Origin: an uncultured Bacteroidales bacterium
Lineage (GTDB): Bacteria; Bacteroidota; Bacteroidia; Bacteroidales; Paludibacteraceae
Length of the DNA stretch: 64,000 bases
Direction of reading: 5' to 3'
Assembly: GCA_902778935.1 (NCBI GenBank)
Contig: CACYZT010000005.1
Span: 21,932-85,931 of the forward strand
Under the pieces are notes generated by a model. It made no database searches, was not told the DNA's origin, and saw only the letters and a program-made list of their open reading frames with translations. Of the stretch, positions 52,554 through 61,680 are shown in pieces. The translations under genes were made by a program, and so were the position numbers. Position 1 is the first letter of the stretch; every line of letters starts with the position of its first letter.

Positions 52554-54320
52554 ATGGAAAACGAAAAAATCCAGACTGAAGAGAAATCGCTCAATTTCAT
52601 TGAGCAAATCGTAGAGAAAGACCTCGCTGAGGGAGTGAACGGCGGACGTATCCAGACCCGTTTCCCGCCGGAGCCGAACGGCTACCTGCATATCGGCCAC
52701 GTCAAAGCTATCTGCATGGACTTCGGCATCGCTGAGAAATACAACGGCGTTTGTAACCTCCGTTTTGACGACACCAACCCTGCCAAAGAGGACACCGAGT
52801 ACGTAGAGACCATCGAACGCGACATCGCGTGGCTCGGCTTCAAATGGGGACAGATATACTATGCCTCCGATTACTTCCAGCAACTCTACGACCTCGCTAT
52901 CATGTTCATCAAACAAGGCAAGGCCTATGTCGATGAGCAGACAGCGGAGCAGATAGCAGAGCAAAAAGGAACGCCTACCGAACCCGGTGTAGCTTCGCCG
53001 TACCGCGACCGTCCTATCGAAGAGAACCTGCGTCTCTTTGAGGCCATGCAACGCGGTGAGATAGAGGAAGGAAAGATGGTCCTCCGTGCAAAAATCGACA
53101 TGGCGAACCCGAACATGCACTTCCGTGACCCGATCATGTATCGTATCATCACCTCGCATCCTCACCATCGTACCGGACGCAAATGGAATGTCTATCCGAT
53201 GTATGACTTTGCGCACGGACAGAGCGACTATTTCGAGGGAGTAACCCACTCCATCTGTACGCTCGAGTTCGAAGTACACCGTCCGCTCTACGACTATTTC
53301 ATCGACCAGTTCAGCGGTCCGAACTTCTGCGGACTATCGCCTTACGGACCGGACTATCGTCCGAAGCAGCGTGAGTTCAACCGTCTCAACATCACTTATA
53401 CCGTCATGTCGAAACGTAAGATGCTCCAACTTGTCAAGGAAGGACTCGTTGCCGGCTGGGACGACCCGCGTATGCCGACCGTCTGTGGTCTGCGCCGACG
53501 CGGTTATACCCCGCAAGCGATTCGTACCTTCATGGACAAAATCGGTTATACGAAAGTGGAAGGAATGATTGACCAAGGTCTGCTGGAGCACACCATCCGC
53601 GAGGACCTCAAAGAGACCGCTCCGCGCGTTTGCGCTATCTTCGACCCAGTCAAACTCATCATCACTAACTATCCTTCTTCCCTCCCTTGTGGGGAGGGCC
53701 AGGGTGGGGTTTCCGAGACACTCGTGGCGGAGAACATCGACGGACACCCCGAACTGGGCACCCGAGAGATGAAGTTCGGTCGCGAACTATGGATTGAACG
53801 CGGAGACTTCCTCGAGGAAGCGGACAATAAGTTCTATCGCCTCAGCCCGGGCGGACGCGAAGTACGACTCAAAGCATCCTACATCATCCAGGCCACAGGC
53901 TGTGAGAAAGATGCGAACGGAAACATCACAACGGTATATGCTACCTACGACCCCGATTCCAAATCAGGCACAGAAGGAGGAAACCGCAAAACCAAAGCAA
54001 CCATCAACTGGGTAGAATGTAACTCCGCTCTCGAAGCCGAAGTTCGCCTCTACGACCGTCTCTTCGCCGTAGAGAACCCCTCTGCCGAGGAAGGTGACTT
54101 CCGCGAGCTCCTTAACCCGAACAGCTTGGAGGTGAAGACCATCAAAATAGAAGGCTCCCTCCGCTCCGAACTGCATGCCCCGGTGCTCAAGGACGGTATC
54201 CCGCAAGAGAACCACTACCAGTTGCTTAAACAGGGCTATTTCGTAGTGGACCAGGACACTACGGCTGAGAAACTCGTACTGAATAGAACCTGCTCGCTCA
54301 AGGACAATTATCTGAAGTAA
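52554..54320 (+). CDS. glnS: glutamine--tRNA ligase
   Basis: 588 aa. 'RFPPEPNGYLHIGH' (HIGH) and 'VMSKR' (KMSKS) class I motifs. GlnRS-type C-terminal anticodon-binding domains. Confidence 0.9.
   Translation: MENEKIQTEEKSLNFIEQIVEKDLAEGVNGGRIQTRFPPEPNGYLHIGHVKAICMDFGIAEKYNGVCNLRFDDTNPAKEDTEYVETIERDIAWLGFKWGQIYYASDYFQQLYDLAIMFIKQGKAYVDEQTAEQIAEQKGTPTEPGVASPYRDRPIEENLRLFEAMQRGEIEEGKMVLRAKIDMANPNMHFRDPIMYRIITSHPHHRTGRKWNVYPMYDFAHGQSDYFEGVTHSICTLEFEVHRPLYDYFIDQFSGPNFCGLSPYGPDYRPKQREFNRLNITYTVMSKRKMLQLVKEGLVAGWDDPRMPTVCGLRRRGYTPQAIRTFMDKIGYTKVEGMIDQGLLEHTIREDLKETAPRVCAIFDPVKLIITNYPSSLPCGEGQGGVSETLVAENIDGHPELGTREMKFGRELWIERGDFLEEADNKFYRLSPGGREVRLKASYIIQATGCEKDANGNITTVYATYDPDSKSGTEGGNRKTKATINWVECNSALEAEVRLYDRLFAVENPSAEEGDFRELLNPNSLEVKTIKIEGSLRSELHAPVLKDGIPQENHYQLLKQGYFVVDQDTTAEKLVLNRTCSLKDNYLK
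53679..53711. repeat. 33-nt hairpin-capable element, copy A (in glnS)
   Basis: tccctcccttgtggggagggccagggtggggtt. Stem CCCTCCC/GGGAGGG. Encodes SLPCGEGQGGV. Confidence 0.85.
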
Positions 54321-54329
54321 TAGAGAGCC

Positions 54330-54776
54330 TTGCGTACGCGTCTTTACAACGAAAAGGAGCAGATATTCTGCGAGTGGCGGCACCGATGGGTGCGGCTCAC
54401 TCCCGAAGAATGGGTGCGACAACAATTACTTCATCGGATGGTGGAGCAGCTGGGTTACCCCGCTTCGCTCATAGCCGTGGAGACAGCTATCACAGTCGGC
54501 GAGGCCAAGAAACGCTGTGACGCGGTCGTTTATGCGAAACATTCCCTCCCTGGTGGGGAAGGCGAAGGTGGCGTTTATCCTTTGCTCATCATCGAGTGCA
54601 AAGCCGAGACAGTACCGCTAACGCAGAAAACACTGGACCAAGCGATTACATACAACCGAAAATTGAATGTACCGTACCTCTTGTTGTATAACGGGGTACA
54701 GACTTTTTTAATACATGGAACAAATACTAACACTACAGGACTCCCTCGATACACCGACCTTTTACGGTGTGAATAA
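54330..54776 (+). CDS. HsdR-N-terminal-like (PD-(D/E)xK fold) small protein
   Basis: 148 aa with a TTG start. 'CDAVVY......LLIIECK' matches a D...(D/E)xK nuclease-core pattern. Confidence 0.6.
   Translation: MRTRLYNEKEQIFCEWRHRWVRLTPEEWVRQQLLHRMVEQLGYPASLIAVETAITVGEAKKRCDAVVYAKHSLPGGEGEGGVYPLLIIECKAETVPLTQKTLDQAITYNRKLNVPYLLLYNGVQTFLIHGTNTNTTGLPRYTDLLRCE
54543..54575. repeat. 33-nt hairpin-capable element, copy B (in the HsdR-N-like gene)
   Basis: tccctccctggtggggaaggcgaaggtggcgtt. 28 of 33 identical to copy A, same codon phase. Encodes SLPGGEGEGGV. Confidence 0.85.
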
Positions 54777-55647
54777 CCAGAATATCCAGTGCCTCAAGAA
54801 TCAGCACGCCGACGTGCGAGTGGTGGCACGGGGTTACCAAATCAAAGTGACAGGCTCTGATGCAGCCGTTAAGCGTTTTGAAACATCGCTCCGGCTGTGC
54901 GAGCAGTTCTGCATTCGTAACAACCGCCTTACCGAACAGGACATCCTAATGTTGCTGCACGGCGACAAACCCCATGAGCAAGCCACGGACAACCTCATCC
55001 TGCACGGCGTGAACGGCAAATCTATCTATGCTCGCTCCACCAACCAGCAGGCACTCGTCAAAGCCTATGAAGAGAACGACCTGCTCTTTGCAGTCGGACC
55101 TGCCGGCAGCGGAAAGACCTACACGGCTATCGCACTGGCGGTAAGAGCCCTTAAAAACAGAGAAGTAAGGCGTATCATCCTCTCCCGTCCTGCTGTCGAA
55201 GCCGGAGAAAAACTTGGTTTCCTGCCCGGAGACATGAAGGAGAAAATCGATCCCTACCTGCAACCTTTGTACGATGCCCTGCAGGATATGATACCCGCCG
55301 CCAAACTGACAGAATTCATGGAGAAAGGTACGATTCAAATAGCACCTCTGGCCTTCATGCGCGGACGTACCCTGTCCGACGCCGTAGTCATACTCGATGA
55401 GGCGCAGAACACCACGGCTCTGCAACTGAAGATGTTCCTTACCCGTCTGGGACTCGGAGGAAAAATGATTGTCACAGGTGATATGACGCAGATAGACCTT
55501 CCACCAACGCAGAAATCCGGTCTGAGAGATGCCATGGAGCGCTTCCAAGGCATCAAAGGCATCAAAATCATCGAATTCAACGAGAAAGATATCGTCCGTC
55601 ACCCGCTGGTAAAGCGCATCGTGGCGGCCTATAAAGAGAATAAATAA
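54715..55647 (+). CDS. phoH: PhoH-family ATPase
   Basis: 310 aa. Walker A 'GPAGSGKTY', 'ILSRPAVEAGEKLGFLPGD' and 'VILDEAQN'. Overlaps the previous gene by 62 nt. Confidence 0.85.
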   Translation: MEQILTLQDSLDTPTFYGVNNQNIQCLKNQHADVRVVARGYQIKVTGSDAAVKRFETSLRLCEQFCIRNNRLTEQDILMLLHGDKPHEQATDNLILHGVNGKSIYARSTNQQALVKAYEENDLLFAVGPAGSGKTYTAIALAVRALKNREVRRIILSRPAVEAGEKLGFLPGDMKEKIDPYLQPLYDALQDMIPAAKLTEFMEKGTIQIAPLAFMRGRTLSDAVVILDEAQNTTALQLKMFLTRLGLGGKMIVTGDMTQIDLPPTQKSGLRDAMERFQGIKGIKIIEFNEKDIVRHPLVKRIVAAYKENK

Positions 55648-56708
55648 TCCAACGCTTCGTTCGCTTCCTCAACCGTAATGACTTGGTTGATAACGGGCGA
55701 ACCGATGGCTTGAATGAGCGTGCAGTTGATAGTTGCTGCGCGTTCATTCTTTTTGTCCTGCTGCATCAACGCTATCAGCCGCTCGCGGTCGGAACACTTG
55801 CATTCCGGCTTGCCGTAGTAGTGAAGCATCAACTGTGTTAACTGCTGCAACGGCTCTTTGGAACAACCTAACTTGATCACACTCAGATACAACTCCGCTA
55901 TCAGCCCATAGACCACTGCATAACCGTGGAGTAACTGACGATTTGACGATTGACGATGGACAATAGAGATCTCTTCCAGGGCGTGACCGAAGGTATGTCC
56001 GAAATTCAGTACTTTGCGTAGTCCCTCCTCTTGCGGGTCCTGAGCTACAATCGCTTCTTTCGCGCGCACGCACGCAATTATTAAAGGAGTCAACGGCTCC
56101 GTTTCCATCGCGTCCAAATCATATTGAAGCAAAGCGTTCCACAGGCTTTCTTCTTTGAGCGGCTTTGCTGCAGTCTTTTGTCTTTTGCCGGAGATAAGTC
56201 CCGTTTTGAGCATTTCTCCGAAACCGCTCAACCATTCCTTGGCAGGCAATGTTCGCAGAAAATCTGGACAGATAAGCGTCTCTACCGGCGCATGAAAAGT
56301 ACCTATGCCGTTCTTCAGACCATGATAATTGAATCCTGTCTTGCCACCGCTCGATGCATCAACCATCGCAAGCAGGCTGGTCGGCACATTGACATAGTCA
56401 ATACCGCGTTTGTAAGTGCTTGCTGCAAAACCCGTTAGGTCAGTCAGTACACCGCCGCCAATAGCAATGACAAGAGCACGGCGAGTCAAGCCGTGCTCGA
56501 AGAAAAAGTCCCAAATATGCTGAACGGTCTCAAGCGATTTGGCTGCTTCGCTGACCTCCAGAGCCAGCGAAGGAACCTCTGCCCACTCGCTCTTGTGTGC
56601 TGACTCAATAGGCCATCCGCAATGCGCATCGTGAACAACCACTACTTGCCCGCTCTCATATCGCTCTCTGATAGCCGATAACGCACTATGTACATCCTTA
56701 CAGATCAT
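55629..56708 (-). CDS. aroB: 3-dehydroquinate synthase (contains an in-frame heptamer tract)
   Basis: 359 aa. 'IAIGGGVLTDLTGFAAS', 'VPTSLLAMVDAS.GGKTG' and 'LNFGHTFGHALE' motifs. Confidence 0.85.
   Translation of the reverse strand: MICKDVHSALSAIRERYESGQVVVVHDAHCGWPIESAHKSEWAEVPSLALEVSEAAKSLETVQHIWDFFFEHGLTRRALVIAIGGGVLTDLTGFAASTYKRGIDYVNVPTSLLAMVDASSGGKTGFNYHGLKNGIGTFHAPVETLICPDFLRTLPAKEWLSGFGEMLKTGLISGKRQKTAAKPLKEESLWNALLQYDLDAMETEPLTPLIIACVRAKEAIVAQDPQEEGLRKVLNFGHTFGHALEEISIVHRQSSNRQLLHGYAVVYGLIAELYLSVIKLGCSKEPLQQLTQLMLHYYGKPECKCSDRERLIALMQQDKKNERAATINCTLIQAIGSPVINQVITVEEANEALDYLFSL
55932..55966. repeat. 7/8-nt periodic tract (CGTCAAT/TGTCCAT family) inside aroB
   Basis: Coding strand reads ttgtccat cgtcaat cgtcaaat cgtcag. 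Encodes IVHRQSSNRQ. Confidence 0.85.
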
Positions 56709-56732
56709 TGCAAAAGAGCCGGGACGAAAGGC

Positions 56733-58808
56733 TTATCCTACTTGACAGCCGTTATGAACCGGTGCCGAGACCGTAGTAACAACGAGTTTGCCATCCGCAT
56801 TAACTGCAGAAAGAATCATGCCCTGACTCTCAATACCCATCATCTTACGCGGCGGGAAATTAGCGATAAACAGCACTTGTTTGCCAATGAGAACAGATGG
56901 ATCGGGATACGACTGCGCTATACCGCTGAGGATAGTCCTGCCACCCATACCATCATCCAGTTTGAACTGCAACAGACGGTCGGATTTCTTAACGGGACCG
57001 CACTCAAGAACGGTAGCCACACGGATATCCGCCTTGTCGAATTCATCAATAGTGGTCGGTTCTTTGACAGGCTCGGGACGCCAGTTCTTCAGCGCTTCCT
57101 CCTTAGCCGCAGCTTCATTCTCCGCTTTGATGCGCTCCAAACGGTCGAGTTGCGCCTGAATGGCTGCATCTTCTATTTTCTCGAACAGCAGCGATACTTC
57201 ACCCAGAGGATGACCCTCATGCAGCAGGTCGATGCGACCGAGGTCTGCCCATCCGATGGATTTGTCGAGACATAACATCGTTGCCAGTTTCGCCGAAGAG
57301 AACGGAAGGAATGGCTCGAAAGCAATAGCAAGGTTAGCGGCTATTTGAAGGGCTATATGCAGAACGGTTGCCGTACGCTCCATATCCGTCTTCGCGAGTT
57401 TCCAAGGCTCCGTATCCGCAAGGTATTTGTTACCGATACGGGCAAGGTTCATCGCCTCTTTTTGTGCATCGCGGAAACGGAAGTTATCAAGCAGGTTCTC
57501 AAGAGTAGCCTTGACGTTCTTGAACTCCTCTATCGTTTGCTTGTCATAGTCCGTCAGCTCTCCGCACGCGGGCACGCGCCCTTCGAAATACTTATTCGTG
57601 AGCACGAGTGCGCGATTGACGAAGTTGCCGTAAATAGCGACCAACTCATTGTTATTGCGCGCTTGGAAGTCCGCCCATGTGAAGTCGTTATCCTTGGTCT
57701 CCGGAGCATTGGCAGTCAGCACATAGCGCAGCACATCTTGCTTGCCCGGGAAATCATCAAGATACTCATTGAGCCAAACAGCCCAGTTGCGGGAGGTGGA
57801 AATCTTATCACCCTCGAGGTTGAGGAATTCATTGGACGGCACATTGTCCGGCAAGTTGTAACCTTGTGCTTTGAGCATAGCCGGGAAAACGATACAATGG
57901 AAAACGATATTGTCCTTTCCGATGAAATGAATCATACGGGTGTCTGCTTGCTTCCACCATTTCTCCCAGTTACCGTATTTGTCCGGCTGCGCCTGACATA
58001 ACTCAATGGTATTGGAGATATATCCAATAGGCGCATCGAACCATACGTAAAGCACTTTACCCTCTGCGCCTTCTACGGGCACAGGAATACCCCAGTCCAA
58101 GTCACGGGTCACGGCACGCGGCTTCAGTCCGCCGTCAAGCCACGACTTGCATTGACCATAGACATTTGGACGCCATTCCTTATGGTTGTTGAGAATCCAG
58201 TCCTCAAGCCATGACTGATACTTGTCAAGCGGCAGATACCAGTGCTTGGTCGCTTTCTTGGCCAGCGCATTTCCCGTCTCAGCATTGTACGGATTGATTA
58301 ACTCGTCCGGAGAAAGAGTGGCACCACATTTCTCACACTGGTCGCCATACGCACCTAACGAGTGACAACGCGGACACTCGCCGCGGATATTACGGTCGGT
58401 AAGGAAATGACCTGTTTCAGGGTCATAAAACTGTTCGGATGTCTCTTCTACGAACTGACCTGCATCGTACATCTTGCGAAAATAGTCCGCCGCGAACTGA
58501 TGATGCGTCTCAGAAGTGGTTCGCGAATAGATGTCAAACGACACACCGAAGTCAGCAAACGAACGTTTGATGAGTTCATGATAACGGTCCACAACCTGCT
58601 GAGTGGTAATACCCTCTTTGCGGGCACGAATGGTTACGGGAACACCATGTTCATCACTTCCGCAAACGAAGAGCACTTCTTGACCCTTCAAACGGAGATA
58701 TCGGGCATAAATGTCCGCCGGAACATACACTCCGGCGAGGTGACCGATATGCACCGGACCATTCGCATAAGGGAGTGCTGCAGTAATTAAAGTGCGATTA
58801 AATGCCAT
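56733..58808 (-). CDS. metG: methionine--tRNA ligase
   Basis: 691 aa. '[10 protein letters not shown]' (HIGH), 'KISTSR' (KMSKS), a CxxC zinc knuckle 'CPRCHS..CEKCG' and a C-terminal EMAP/tRNA-binding domain. Confidence 0.95.
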   Translation of the reverse strand: MAFNRTLITAALPYANGPVHIGHLAGVYVPADIYARYLRLKGQEVLFVCGSDEHGVPVTIRARKEGITTQQVVDRYHELIKRSFADFGVSFDIYSRTTSETHHQFAADYFRKMYDAGQFVEETSEQFYDPETGHFLTDRNIRGECPRCHSLGAYGDQCEKCGATLSPDELINPYNAETGNALAKKATKHWYLPLDKYQSWLEDWILNNHKEWRPNVYGQCKSWLDGGLKPRAVTRDLDWGIPVPVEGAEGKVLYVWFDAPIGYISNTIELCQAQPDKYGNWEKWWKQADTRMIHFIGKDNIVFHCIVFPAMLKAQGYNLPDNVPSNEFLNLEGDKISTSRNWAVWLNEYLDDFPGKQDVLRYVLTANAPETKDNDFTWADFQARNNNELVAIYGNFVNRALVLTNKYFEGRVPACGELTDYDKQTIEEFKNVKATLENLLDNFRFRDAQKEAMNLARIGNKYLADTEPWKLAKTDMERTATVLHIALQIAANLAIAFEPFLPFSSAKLATMLCLDKSIGWADLGRIDLLHEGHPLGEVSLLFEKIEDAAIQAQLDRLERIKAENEAAAKEEALKNWRPEPVKEPTTIDEFDKADIRVATVLECGPVKKSDRLLQFKLDDGMGGRTILSGIAQSYPDPSVLIGKQVLFIANFPPRKMMGIESQGMILSAVNADGKLVVTTVSAPVHNGCQVG

Positions 58809-58934
58809 ATTTTGTGTAAAAATTTATACAATTATAAAAAAAACTCTCTAAAACTTGCGTATATCAAAAAAAATGACTACTTTTGCAGTCGCAAAAGACT
58901 ACACGTACCTTTTCGACATTACCGAAATCGGGTG

Positions 58935-58942
58935 CAAAGGTA
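58935..58942 (-). promoter_or_regulatory. -7 box (TACCTTTG) upstream of metG
   Basis: Lies within the 27-nt string CGAAATCGGGTGCAAAGGTACTACAAA, identical to the tRNA-Leu promoter region (6214-6240). Confidence 0.55.
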
Positions 58943-58973
58943 CTACAAAAAATTGAAAAATACAAATAATTTA

Positions 58974-59987
58974 GTGAAAAAACGTCAATCATATTGGGTT
59001 TTGTTCGTTGCGCTGCTCTTTAGCGGCTCAATGAGTGCAAAGGTAAATAACTACGTTGGAGGTTACGCCAATCTTGGTGAATGGACGTTGCTGCCCTCGC
59101 AGAGCCAATACGGACCGAGTTTCGGTGTGGCCGGTGGTCTCGGTTTTCTATATGAGTTGCAGGTAGGTCCCGCTGCGAAAACTACCCGATTCCTCTTCGA
59201 TGTAGGAGTAGGTGCGCAGGGAGGAATGACTGCGTTTATGCAAAGTGGCAATCAGGAGGCCGTGCTGAGCGGGCAACGTGATTTGCAGGGAGACCCGTTT
59301 GATTATGTCTATTCCTTGCGTAATCGCCGTGACCGCTACAACGGTATCGCTGTCAATGTTCCGTTGATGATAGGTGTGCAGCATAAGAAATTCTACATGC
59401 TCGCCGGCATCAAGCTTTATGCACATGTGTTTACCAAAACGCACTCTTATGCGACGCTTAATACCTTCGGTCGATACGAGGACATCCCTGATTTGTGCAA
59501 CATGCCGGAGTACCAGTTCTTTACAGACCTGTCTATCAGCGGCGGTGTGCAGACCAAATGGAATCTGGATATTGATGCGAGCTTCGAGATAGGCGGTCGC
59601 CTTGGTGAAGTAGTTGATGCAGTGGGATTTGATGTGCCGAAACGTAAGATTGAGTACCGTTTAGCGGGATTTGTGGATTATGGTCTGTTGGATTTGCACA
59701 AGGCCGGCACGGTTCAGCCGCTCGTTACGCCAACCACGTATGATGCCAACGATCCTTCATCGCCGACTTATGTCTATAACAACACCAATATGGTAGATGG
59801 CGTTGTGCTAAATGACGTTATGTCCACGGATGGCTTTGCCAAAGCTGTGAACAATCTCGTTGTGGGACTGAAGTTTACAATCCTGTTCCAATTACCGGAA
59901 CCGGGTACGTGCGTCATCTGCCGCGATGCCTACAAGAAATCAACTCCGCGTTACGGCGGTCGCCGAGGAATGAAGTACGAGGAATAA
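58974..59987 (+). CDS. outer-membrane beta-barrel protein
   Basis: GTG start proposed ('VKKRQSYWVLFVALLFSGSMSA', a signal peptide), downstream of the plus-strand -7 box TACTTTTG at 58878-58885. An alternative ATG lies at 59031. Beta-barrel-like composition. Confidence 0.45.
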   Translation: MKKRQSYWVLFVALLFSGSMSAKVNNYVGGYANLGEWTLLPSQSQYGPSFGVAGGLGFLYELQVGPAAKTTRFLFDVGVGAQGGMTAFMQSGNQEAVLSGQRDLQGDPFDYVYSLRNRRDRYNGIAVNVPLMIGVQHKKFYMLAGIKLYAHVFTKTHSYATLNTFGRYEDIPDLCNMPEYQFFTDLSISGGVQTKWNLDIDASFEIGGRLGEVVDAVGFDVPKRKIEYRLAGFVDYGLLDLHKAGTVQPLVTPTTYDANDPSSPTYVYNNTNMVDGVVLNDVMSTDGFAKAVNNLVVGLKFTILFQLPEPGTCVICRDAYKKSTPRYGGRRGMKYEE

Positions 59988-60725
59988 TTCGTCTTCGCTC
60001 ACTTCGCGAATCTGGCCTTCTTTGGCTACGGAAATATGTCCGGTCTCTTCCGACACCACAATACATGTGGCGTCGGATTTTTCTGCCAGACCGAGTGCTG
60101 CACGGTGGCGCAAACCGTAATACTGCGGTATATCGAGGTTCTTGCTGACCGGAAGAATACATGCAGCGGCAAGCATCTTCTCGTCACGGATGACCAAAGC
60201 TCCATCGTGTAAAGGAGTGTTCTTAAAGAATATATTCTCTATCAATCGTGCGGATACCTGTGCATCCAAGCGTTCGCCTGTATCGACAATCTCTTTGAGA
60301 CTACCGGCCCCGGCCAGCACGATTAGTGCTCCGGTCTTGGTAGAAGCCATGTGACGGCAAGCCTGTGTAATTTCAAGTATCTGCTGACGGGATACTCCTT
60401 CTCCTTCCGGCGTGCGGGGACGGAAAATATTCCAGGATGAGAAACGCGAACCGATGCGGTAAAAGAACATACGTATCTCTTCCTGAAAAATCACTATCAA
60501 TGCAATGGCACCGACAGAGATAATACGGTCAAAAAGGGCGCCGGTAAGGTCGAGTTGGAATACAAAACTAACCAAGAACCATACGACGATGAACGCCAGA
60601 ATACCCCAGAAAAGATTGGCAGCGCCCGTTCTTCGCAGAAGACGATACGTCTCATACAAAATACCGGCGACCAGCAGGATATCTATCACATCCTTGAATC
60701 CAAAGGAAAATGCCAAAAAATGCAT
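59940..60725 (-). CDS. cdaA: diadenylate cyclase (CdaA type)
   Basis: 261 aa. Three N-terminal TM helices, then DAC-domain motifs 'DGALVI' and 'GLRHRAALGLAE.SDA..IVVSEETG'. Confidence 0.85.
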   Translation of the reverse strand: MHFLAFSFGFKDVIDILLVAGILYETYRLLRRTGAANLFWGILAFIVVWFLVSFVFQLDLTGALFDRIISVGAIALIVIFQEEIRMFFYRIGSRFSSWNIFRPRTPEGEGVSRQQILEITQACRHMASTKTGALIVLAGAGSLKEIVDTGERLDAQVSARLIENIFFKNTPLHDGALVIRDEKMLAAACILPVSKNLDIPQYYGLRHRAALGLAEKSDATCIVVSEETGHISVAKEGQIREVSEDELFLVLHSSATAVTRS

Positions 60726-60761
60726 AGACTATATGATTTATTACTTATACTATTATATCTA

Positions 60762-61472
60762 TTATCTACTATTGACGATTGTTTCCCACAGTTGCACCGT
60801 TTGTGCCGTTTCCCGCACATCATGCGTGCGAAGAATAGTAGCTCCGTGCTCCAATGCATACAACTGAAGTGCCTGCGTGGCGCAGAGACAAGTGTCGGGT
60901 GTCAAGCCTAACGGCCGCCAAAGCATCGATTTACGGCTCACTCCGACCAGAATGGGTTTTCCGTACGCCGTAAGCTCATCGAGTTTCGCCAAACACACAT
61001 AATCCGCTTGGGTGCTACCGATAAAACCAAATCCGGGGTCAAGGATTATATCCAAATCATTCATTTCCGGCCGACAGAACGGCAAATCCAATTGTCCGCA
61101 AAGCGTCCATATATACGGCACCTCATATTCCCGTACAACCTCATACATCGCTTCGCTTCCGCCGGAGATATCATTGATAATCATCTTCCCGAATTGCGCT
61201 AACGCGCGACGTGCAATCTCCGGACGGAAAGTATCCAGGGACAGTTGAACAGCGGGAAATGATTCCCGAAGAGCAGCCAATGCAGGCTCTACCCTGCTCC
61301 ATTCCTCCTCTTCAGTGGCAGGGATACTACCCGGGCGAGTGGAACATCCGCCGATATCGAGTATATCCGCTCCGGCAGATAAAGCATCTTGCGCCCAAGA
61401 TACCACAGCCGGCACAGAACTCAATCGCGACTCGGCATAAAAACTGTCCGGAGTCACGTTCCCTATCGCCAT
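60762..61472 (-). CDS. folP: dihydropteroate synthase
   Basis: 'GNVTPDSFY', 'DIGG.STRPG' and 'ILVG.SRKS' motifs. Start moved to the ATG at 61472 because the -7 box (61492-61499) would abut the ORF-track start. Confidence 0.85.
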   Translation of the reverse strand: MAIGNVTPDSFYAESRLSSVPAVVSWAQDALSAGADILDIGGCSTRPGSIPATEEEEWSRVEPALAALRESFPAVQLSLDTFRPEIARRALAQFGKMIINDISGGSEAMYEVVREYEVPYIWTLCGQLDLPFCRPEMNDLDIILDPGFGFIGSTQADYVCLAKLDELTAYGKPILVGVSRKSMLWRPLGLTPDTCLCATQALQLYALEHGATILRTHDVRETAQTVQLWETIVNSR

Positions 61473-61680
61473 TATTTTCGCTTTCACGCTGCAAAATTAC
61501 TACATTTTTTGCAAAAAAATGACGTTTTTATAGGAAAAATGTACTTTTTTGATATTTTTTATGCAAAAAGTGCGGTTATTTGCAAAAAAAGTTGTATCTT
61601 TGCAGGCTGAAACATGTGTACACATGCGAATGCGCACGTAAAAACTTGAAATTGAAAGAATTTTTATATACAAATAAATT

